Of a stretch of DNA of 64,000 nt, positions 56,899 to 64,000 are shown in pieces; positions within the stretch are counted from its first letter, which is position 1, and each line of letters opens with the position of its first letter. A program made the position numbers and the translations under genes. Under the pieces are notes generated by a model. The model searched no databases. It worked only from the letters and a program-made list of their open reading frames with translations, and had not been told where the DNA came from. The stretch lies in IMG/VR virus record IMGVR_UViG_3300027804_002057. One strand, written 5' to 3'. This DNA comes from a virus.

Positions 56899-59241
56899 TT
56901 AAGCGTTAAAACTTGCCCCAGTTGGAAGAATGTTGAAATCAATTACGATGAATTCAGCTGTCTTCGCAGGTTGTAGGAATATTTGTCCTGCTAATATGTT
57001 TCTATCAATTACATCAGGTGTGTTATTTGATTCATCCATCACAACTCTGAATGCGTATAAACCTTGTCTTTGTTGGATTCCCTCTAAGTAAGGATTTACA
57101 GTATTCAAGAATCTTGCTCTAGTTGTAGAAGTATTTTGTTCGAACACTAAGTAACGAGATGTAGATGCGATGTACTTCTTAACAGTGATAAGTAATCTTC
57201 TTACGTTGATTCTATCTAATGCTGAAGCCTTATCTTGCAATGTCTTCTGTCCGAATGCTACAATACCTTGTCCAGGGAATGCTGCGATTGGGTTTACTTT
57301 GTTCTCATATAGAGTATCTCTTTCAGCATGTGTAAGTCTATTCAATACACTTACTGCTCCAGTGATACCACCTCTATTCAAACCAGCAGGTGCGAACCAT
57401 TCAGCTGCTAATCTATCGTTAGAAGCGAATACAGCCGGTAATAATACTGATGGTGGAACTGATGTTATTTTGTTTGTATTAGTATCCACTGTCTTAACCC
57501 AAGGATAGTAAGTACCAACATAGTTTGAATCTACTGCGTTTGCTTGCTCAGTTGCTTCAGTTATTGTTGAATTTACTTCAGTAAAGTCAGCGATATAGAA
57601 TGCATCTTGTCTATCTTCTACCATATCAATTACTTTTGTAGTAATAGATGGATGTAAAGAACGAATGATACCAGGAGTTACAACTAAGTTAATATCCCAC
57701 TCATCAGGATTTCCAACAGCGTTAATTGCTTTATTATATGCAATAGAACCACTTGCTGTTGATTTAGAACAGTCAAATCCTTGCGTATTTGCTGCTGATA
57801 TGTTACTTCCTAAGTTTGCTTTAGTTCCAGGGAATAAACCATCGAATCCATATTGGAATCCTAAAGTAAATTGTCTCTTAACCATATCAGATGCAGCCGA
57901 ACCTGTCATCTTATAAGTTAATTGAGAATCAAATGCGAATAGTACGTTTGCACCAGCTGCTGCTCCAACAGGAATAGGTGATAAGTATTGTACGTTATCA
58001 TCAGCTATACCAACAGATTCAAAATCAAATCCACTATAATAAATTGGAGATGAAGATGAGTTGTTTGCTGAACCAGTTTGGTAAACAACTGCAGGTACAT
58101 AAGAATCTTGTGTTGAGTTATTTGTTTGTATTGGATTCACATAAGCTGCATGTCCAAATGGTGCTGCTGAAATTGGGAATGAACCTGCTTCAGATACAAC
58201 TACTCTTACATATTTTGATTTGTTTGAGTAATCACCATTTTCAGTAATCTTACCATCGTTATCGATAGTTAAATATCTATCACCAATTCTTCTAGCAATA
58301 TAGTTTGGAGAAGAAGGGTCTAAGTTTACATTATTAAATGTTTCTACAACTACTTTTCTCTTATCAGTATCACTATAAGAACGAATTGTTACAGTAAATA
58401 CAGAATAATCAGTTGCACCATCTTCACCAGCTGCTTTCACATTTGAAATACCAACTTTGAATTTAGTGTTATATGGAGTACCATGTCCTAAAGTTACAAA
58501 TTTAAATAATTCGTATCTAACATTATTATCATCTTTTTGAGAAATAACCCAAGGTGTTTCAGCTGAAGAAATATCACCATACTTTTGAGTAGGTAATTGT
58601 AATTCACTAACTACCGCTAAAGCCGTATCAGTATTTGAACCGGTAAAGTTTAATGCTACGTTTTCAAAGTATCTATAAACATAAGCTGCTTTAGCACCAA
58701 ATACAGATTCACCAAAAGTATCTGCTAAATCATTTGTTGCAGTGTTTATAATAGATGCAGATATACCAGTAGTAAATGCAGATGCAGAACTTAAAAGTCC
58801 TGATACAACGAAGTTACCACCACCTTCTAAACTACTTGAAATGTTAGTAGATGCGTTTGCAAATCCAACTCCTTTATTTCCGTTAGCTGTTGAGTAAAGA
58901 ACTCCAACTATTTTAGTTCCAACTGATGCAACAGAACCACTAGCTACAATAGCCAAAGGAGCTACTTGGTGATAACCACCAATACCACCAACTCTTACGA
59001 TGGTAGCGCTTCCTGCTTCTTGCAAATATCTTTGTACCGCATATTCGGTATAATAAGTTCCATCAGGTGTTCCGAAAATTTCTTCGAATTCTGATTGTGT
59101 TCTCACAATAGTTGGGATAAACGCTGGTCCTTGCTTAAAAGGTCCTATAAACGCTGCTCCAATTTCTCCTACTCCTTGTGCTAAGAATGATAGGTCATTT
59201 TCTCTTGTGAATACGCCAGGTGATACGATTCTTTCTGCCAT
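56899..59241 (-). CDS. Contractile tail sheath protein (T4 gp18-like)
   Basis: SPGVFTREND, YYPWV, VPPS, WFAPAGLNRG, NPIA.FPGQG...GQKT, RINVRRL, FEQN. Confidence 0.95.
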   Translation of the reverse strand: MAERIVSPGVFTRENDLSFLAQGVGEIGAAFIGPFKQGPAFIPTIVRTQSEFEEIFGTPDGTYYTEYAVQRYLQEAGSATIVRVGGIGGYHQVAPLAIVASGSVASVGTKIVGVLYSTANGNKGVGFANASTNISSSLEGGGNFVVSGLLSSASAFTTGISASIINTATNDLADTFGESVFGAKAAYVYRYFENVALNFTGSNTDTALAVVSELQLPTQKYGDISSAETPWVISQKDDNNVRYELFKFVTLGHGTPYNTKFKVGISNVKAAGEDGATDYSVFTVTIRSYSDTDKRKVVVETFNNVNLDPSSPNYIARRIGDRYLTIDNDGKITENGDYSNKSKYVRVVVSEAGSFPISAAPFGHAAYVNPIQTNNSTQDSYVPAVVYQTGSANNSSSSPIYYSGFDFESVGIADDNVQYLSPIPVGAAAGANVLFAFDSQLTYKMTGSAASDMVKRQFTLGFQYGFDGLFPGTKANLGSNISAANTQGFDCSKSTASGSIAYNKAINAVGNPDEWDINLVVTPGIIRSLHPSITTKVIDMVEDRQDAFYIADFTEVNSTITEATEQANAVDSNYVGTYYPWVKTVDTNTNKITSVPPSVLLPAVFASNDRLAAEWFAPAGLNRGGITGAVSVLNRLTHAERDTLYENKVNPIAAFPGQGIVAFGQKTLQDKASALDRINVRRLLITVKKYIASTSRYLVFEQNTSTTRARFLNTVNPYLEGIQQRQGLYAFRVVMDESNNTPDVIDRNILAGQIFLQPAKTAEFIVIDFNILPTGASFNA

Positions 59242-59387
59242 TTTATTTCTCCAATTTGTATTTTAGGTTTTGTATTTGTTATTAGTTGTAAAAATACACA
59301 TATAAATATAAAGAAAATGTCCAAAACACAAATCTATTTACTAAACTATGTTTTGGACACTAAATTATAAAAATATTTCAAATTACC

Positions 59388-59786
59388 TTATACAGGCTGC
59401 GGGTCTACCCCATACATATTACTTCCAGATGTTGGAGCCCAAGGCAAATCTGCTTCCATTACCATTACTCTATGGTACTTATTTACATTGATTTGCTTAT
59501 CTATTTGGCCTTGTATATGGTCCCAATAATTTAATCCACGATTTGAACCACTAACTATATCCTTTACCCAACCTATAACTTGCTCTTCTGTCAAATTTTG
59601 ATATTCGGTAAAATTGTTAGTATCTACTGAATTTAAACTTAGAGGTGTTGCTCCGGTAAAACTACCAGAATAACCATTTTCATCAACTCCTACCAAGTTC
59701 CAATAGGTATTTACCACAACGTTTGATAATTCGTCTGTGTTTTGCTTTTTTATACCTGTTAATTTCCACTCGTATGTATATCCCAT
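59388..59786 (-). CDS. Tail-fibre-associated hypothetical protein
   Basis: YTYEWKL, F..Y.NLTEEQVIGWV, LPW; downstream of the fibre gene. Confidence 0.65.
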   Translation of the reverse strand: MGYTYEWKLTGIKKQNTDELSNVVVNTYWNLVGVDENGYSGSFTGATPLSLNSVDTNNFTEYQNLTEEQVIGWVKDIVSGSNRGLNYWDHIQGQIDKQINVNKYHRVMVMEADLPWAPTSGSNMYGVDPQPV

Positions 59787-59823
59787 AATGTCTATTTTTT
59801 AATAAATATTTAATTTTATTATT

Positions 59824-60255
59824 TTAATCTTCCAACGAACCACTATAATAGTCTGTTGTTAATAAATGTCTATAAGCTTGCTGAAAATGATTAAGTTCGG
59901 ATGGTACTTCTAACATAAAAATACATTTGTGGTCCATGCCTTGTGTACCAATAGAAACATCATATTTGTTATCTGATGAATTGTTTCCTATAAATCCTAT
60001 CGGTCTAGCATCAGCTTCTCTAGCTGCTTTGTTTTTCCAAATTGTAACAGCAATTTGTGCAGTATATCCAGCTTGCCAATAAACTTCGGTGCCAGGTGTT
60101 GTATCTCTCACAGTTAATTTATCTGGTCTAGAATTATCTACCGGTGGTGCTATATCTGCTATTCTTTTTTTAATAGCTACATCTGTTACAACATGGTATG
60201 CATCTTCAACAACAACTCCAGTACCTGGTATTTCGTAATCTTTTATTAATGCCAT
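59824..60255 (-). CDS. Tail-fibre-associated hypothetical protein
   Basis: MAL.KDY..PGTGV....AYH, QQAY.HL. Confidence 0.65.
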   Translation of the reverse strand: MALIKDYEIPGTGVVVEDAYHVVTDVAIKKRIADIAPPVDNSRPDKLTVRDTTPGTEVYWQAGYTAQIAVTIWKNKAAREADARPIGFIGNNSSDNKYDVSIGTQGMDHKCIFMLEVPSELNHFQQAYRHLLTTDYYSGSLED

Positions 60256-60258
60256 AAT

Positions 60259-63200
60259 TTATCCTTTATTATTAAATATTAATTTGTTTACAATTTCTTT
60301 CAATTGTTCTATTTCTTTTTGTTGATTTTTTATAATTTCGTTCTGTTCTTTTATTGCTTCTATGAACAAACCAGAGAATTTACCATAATCAACACCATAT
60401 TCATCCACATCTTCTGCGTATGTTACTACTTCAGGAACAACGTTAATTACTTCTTGTGCAATTACACCTATGTTTCTTGTTTTAGTTTCATCATCTTTTC
60501 TATTAAAGTAAACACCTCTTATTCCTAATACTTTATCTAAAGCATTATCAACAGTAATAATGTTTTCCTTTTTACGTTCATCGGAATATGCTACGATATT
60601 ACCTTCCGCATAAATACCACCACCAACATACATTCTATATGCACCGGATGTAGCAGATGTTCCTATACCTAAACAGTTATTGCCTAATGAATGATATAAA
60701 TACCATCTACCATATCCCTCACTATATATACCACCATTACCACTACCATCAAACATCAAGTGTGGGCTATTACCAGTACCAATACTAATACCATACCAAC
60801 CACTTCTACTTCCATCAGCTCTCCAAGAACCATATGATGTAGCGTAGTTTGGATACCAGTGTGCACCATTGTAATCCGAATAGAAGCCCGATGTGGATGT
60901 GTACATCCAACGATATTTGTAGATGTATTCAGAACCACCATTTACTTGCATAATTAACGAACCCATTGGGTAATCGTTATAGAATCTCATACCTTCATAA
61001 GATGGGTTAGCACCTAATTTAATACCAGTATGATATGCAATTCTTAAGTCAGGATAAGGATAGCCCCATCCACCAGCCTCTTGGAACATATTATATGCTT
61101 CAGCACCTATTCCAGAATCACCACCAGGGTAACGGAAACCATATCTTCTACATTCAATAAATTGTAAGTTTGAGTTACTATTAGGGTCACTATACCAAGA
61201 TGTATCATTGTAGTCATATACAATAGGGAATTGGGATTGACCACCAATATCCATTAGGGCTACTCTACTATTGTTGAATCTCCATTCTAAAATATCACCA
61301 CTATCATCACCCCAGTTAATAAGAAGGTTGTAATCATTATAACCACCACCTCTAGTCACCATACCAATTGAAGCACCATCAGATGAACGTTGGAAGTGAA
61401 CTCCAAACATAGCTGCCGGTGAGTACATTGGATATGAACCTTGAACTTGGTCGTATCTACCCAACCATGCAACGTCACTCCAGTTAGGGAAACCATTTGG
61501 TGAGAAATAATCAACTATACGAACTGCACCTCTAAAACTTGCGGAAAGACCAGAAGTACTTGGGTCTATATACCAATAAGTGTCATCTGAATCGTAGAAT
61601 ATTGGTGCTCTGAATGAACCATTTGCCCAAACAGTACTACCATTGTCCCAACGTAAGTTCCAACCATACATTGATGTAGTTGCACCCCAACCTAATCTCC
61701 AATCGTTTGTTGTTTGGTTACCAATCAATCCCCAATATGTAGATGGGTTATTGAATGCAATAAATCCACCAGAGTTATTAGCTCCATTCATTTGAATAGA
61801 GTTACCACCCCATACAACCATATAACGAATTTGTGAAGTTCCGTTAGGGTCTAAGTAGAATGTAGTATCATCTCTATCGTAAATGAAGTTTGTACGAATT
61901 TCATACAAATATGTTCTATTTCCAGAATAGTGGTTAATATAAGTTTCGTATCCGTTTTGGCAATCTAAGTGTAAGTTACCATTCGTTACAACCGCAGACC
62001 CCCAGCTATTTGGTCTACCATTAGAACCCACATACATATATGCTCCCCAAGACGGGTTTGGTCCATGCAATGCCCCACCTCTAATTCTTAAAGCATCATT
62101 ATCAGTTGAGTTAGGGTCTAATTTATATCCAGTATCATTTGAATCATAGAATATTGGTGCTCTTAAAGAGTTAGCTGCCTCTAAGTAGTTATAAACATAA
62201 GTGTAGTTAATACCCCAATATTGGTTTGTATAACGAGTACCAGATGTATTAGTATTATAAAGAACGATACCACCATCTTGCTCAAAACGGAAATAACCTT
62301 GTCCATGGCTAGTATTCATTCTACCCCAATAATATGTATTGGTATTAGCGTTTAAGTTATTATCAACATTATATCCAAATCCAGCACCATTCCAAGTGTT
62401 ACCAGGTTCAGATACCCAAGCCTGTAAACTAACTTCACCTTGTCCAGAACCATTGTATGCAGAACCTAAAGATAATCTCCAAGAAGAACTTCCGTGGTCA
62501 CCAATTACATGCAATCTTTTTGATGGCAATGCGTAACCAACTCCCAAATACCAAAGTCGAGAATCACCATTAGGGTCAACACGATAGTTAGCATCGTTTG
62601 CATCATAGAAAATTGGTGCTCTCATTTCACCAGCAGCATATATGGTACTATTTGACCAAATATATCCCGTATAATGTGAAATCATTGCAGCAATTCTACT
62701 ACTACTATTATATCCAACCCAACCTGGCATTGAAGGTCCATTTGATTGACCTACAAAGAATGTTTCTGCGCCTACAGTTGAATATGTACCATACGTTTGT
62801 CCAGATTGAGAACCTTTATTAAAATAGAATATACCCCAACCTCTAGCATTCTCTTGGAATATCCAGTTATTTGCTTCGGATGTGTTAGATACTAAGAATG
62901 TACCACCATCGTTATTTTGAATTACATATGAATTTACAATTAATTCATTTAAACGAGATGTTCCATTAAAATCTAAATAATAAGAACCATCAGTACTATC
63001 CTGAATATATGGAAGATATAAGTTATTTGAAATTCTTACATGTTGGTCACCTCTACCAATACTCATTAATATTGTACTACTTACACCAGGTGAATCGTTA
63101 AATATTGTAGTACCACCATATGATGCATTACCACCCAATTCTAAACCAGTGTGCCATCCTAAAGAAAGTCTTGTATATGTAGAGTATCCATTGTTATATG

Positions 63201-64000
63201 GAGATTTTACATACATCATATAGTACGGTTGGCTATCAGTTCGTTGTCCTGATGAAATACCAGTTGCAGAACCTACTGCCGATGGGTCAGTTGTACTATT
63301 TGCTAAGTTAATATGTCTTGTATTACCACTTGTCTGCCCAGTTCTAAAGAAGAATGTACCATCATCATCATAAAAACGGTCACCCCAAATTTCAGGTGCT
63401 CTAAATGAAGATGCTGCGGTTGTGTTACCAGTGTTTGTTACATAAAATACTCTGTTACCATTATTATTTCCTTGCCATATAGTAAAATGGTCAAATGAGT
63501 TTTCACCAGCACCAACACCACCATCCGTATTAAGAACAATATGAACACCACCAGCTGAGCCTAACTCCACCCAATACCTAGTACCATCGGAGTTTGCATA
63601 TCCTTGAGCTGGATAACCATTTGCTCTTATATAAGTTCCATAATCTCCACTTGCTCTACGGAATCCTAAAGTACCATCCAAGTTTAAGTTAGTAAATCTA
63701 GAAGTACCAGTTGGGTCAGCTAAGAAGTTACCATCATTGTTATCTATAAATTGAGTTGCGTAAATAGGACCTAATACAGTTGTATTTGATGCTAAAGTAT
63801 TATCAACTTCTTCAATCTTAAATCCAATAAATTCAGCATTTCCACTATATCCACTATACAAATAGTTGTGTAAAAATCCTAACTGCATGAATCTTGCGTA
63901 TGAATACCAAGTATATCCAGCACCAGACCCAGCAGGTCCAATAGTCATTGTGTATTCTGTCCAAGAAGATGGTGCTACACCACTCCAATAATAAGGTTGT
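60259..64000 (-). CDS. Long tail fibre with C-terminal peptidase S74 intramolecular chaperone (5' partial)
   Basis: AYSDERKKENI, IGVIAQEV..VVPEVV, VDYG...LFIEAIKE plus coiled coil; frame stays open to 64000 (QPYYWSGVAPSSWTEYT precedes the called Met). Confidence 0.9.
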   Translation of the reverse strand, partial: QPYYWSGVAPSSWTEYTMTIGPAGSGAGYTWYSYARFMQLGFLHNYLYSGYSGNAEFIGFKIEEVDNTLASNTTVLGPIYATQFIDNNDGNFLADPTGTSRFTNLNLDGTLGFRRASGDYGTYIRANGYPAQGYANSDGTRYWVELGSAGGVHIVLNTDGGVGAGENSFDHFTIWQGNNNGNRVFYVTNTGNTTAASSFRAPEIWGDRFYDDDGTFFFRTGQTSGNTRHINLANSTTDPSAVGSATGISSGQRTDSQPYYMMYVKSPYNNGYSTYTRLSLGWHTGLELGGNASYGGTTIFNDSPGVSSTILMSIGRGDQHVRISNNLYLPYIQDSTDGSYYLDFNGTSRLNELIVNSYVIQNNDGGTFLVSNTSEANNWIFQENARGWGIFYFNKGSQSGQTYGTYSTVGAETFFVGQSNGPSMPGWVGYNSSSRIAAMISHYTGYIWSNSTIYAAGEMRAPIFYDANDANYRVDPNGDSRLWYLGVGYALPSKRLHVIGDHGSSSWRLSLGSAYNGSGQGEVSLQAWVSEPGNTWNGAGFGYNVDNNLNANTNTYYWGRMNTSHGQGYFRFEQDGGIVLYNTNTSGTRYTNQYWGINYTYVYNYLEAANSLRAPIFYDSNDTGYKLDPNSTDNDALRIRGGALHGPNPSWGAYMYVGSNGRPNSWGSAVVTNGNLHLDCQNGYETYINHYSGNRTYLYEIRTNFIYDRDDTTFYLDPNGTSQIRYMVVWGGNSIQMNGANNSGGFIAFNNPSTYWGLIGNQTTNDWRLGWGATTSMYGWNLRWDNGSTVWANGSFRAPIFYDSDDTYWYIDPSTSGLSASFRGAVRIVDYFSPNGFPNWSDVAWLGRYDQVQGSYPMYSPAAMFGVHFQRSSDGASIGMVTRGGGYNDYNLLINWGDDSGDILEWRFNNSRVALMDIGGQSQFPIVYDYNDTSWYSDPNSNSNLQFIECRRYGFRYPGGDSGIGAEAYNMFQEAGGWGYPYPDLRIAYHTGIKLGANPSYEGMRFYNDYPMGSLIMQVNGGSEYIYKYRWMYTSTSGFYSDYNGAHWYPNYATSYGSWRADGSRSGWYGISIGTGNSPHLMFDGSGNGGIYSEGYGRWYLYHSLGNNCLGIGTSATSGAYRMYVGGGIYAEGNIVAYSDERKKENIITVDNALDKVLGIRGVYFNRKDDETKTRNIGVIAQEVINVVPEVVTYAEDVDEYGVDYGKFSGLFIEAIKEQNEIIKNQQKEIEQLKEIVNKLIFNNKG

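Noticed and set aside
59319-59358. GTCCAAAACA...TGTTTTGGAC inverted repeat as a special element
   Set aside because: Single copy with a 20-nt loop downstream of the fibre operon; most simply a terminator or processing stem, not enough to call.
1209-62822. All other short plus-strand ORFs and nested minus-strand ORFs in the track (e.g. 53898-54497, 24989-25387, 31185-31487)
   Set aside because: Shadows of well-supported minus-strand genes; no recognisable motifs, and the promoters point the other way.
1-64000. Stop-codon recoding as in some Bacteroidota phages
   Set aside because: Core genes are full length in the standard code, and TAG/TGA end genes at sensible positions (e.g. 3379, 14171, 25519).

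Overview
A 64 kb, AT-rich piece of a large T4-like (contractile-tailed) dsDNA phage genome. Essentially all real genes are on the minus strand and the standard code reads through cleanly. In transcription order (right to left): tail fibre with a C-terminal S74 chaperone (runs off the right edge), tail sheath, tube, chaperones, tape measure and baseplate genes, a phage-encoded tmRNA, a minimal family-A polymerase, a secreted nuclease, a 1371-aa multidomain protein and a GH19 endolysin. Next comes a T4-like replication block (gp32-like SSB, RecA, 5'-3' exonuclease, DnaB-like helicase, class II RNR, thioredoxin, PolB, clamp, clamp loader, dUTPase). It is interleaved with candidate DNA-modification and restriction genes: two Mom-like, one DUF4338/DruA-like, one GT-B and one DUF262-HNH. 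Last is a ~17 kb sugar-synthesis/glycosyltransferase cluster around a Gly-Ser/Thr repeat protein (runs off the left edge). Repeated TTTG-N19-20-TATATTTG promoters, no obvious Shine-Dalgarno sites, an Hc1-like small gene and a Q-rule signal peptide point to a Bacteroidota host. Best candidates for new biology: (1) a replisome-embedded DNA-modification set whose unrelated members share terminal FW/FF peptides (identical MSFWET N-termini), possibly docking on the sliding clamp; (2) a virion-glycosylation locus resembling serine-rich-repeat protein glycosylation; (3) a tmRNA with an unusually long 24-residue tag; (4) a mini-PolA with His at the steric gate; (5) a ParB/REase-like polyvalent protein. 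All family assignments come from motif recognition by eye; no database search was run.
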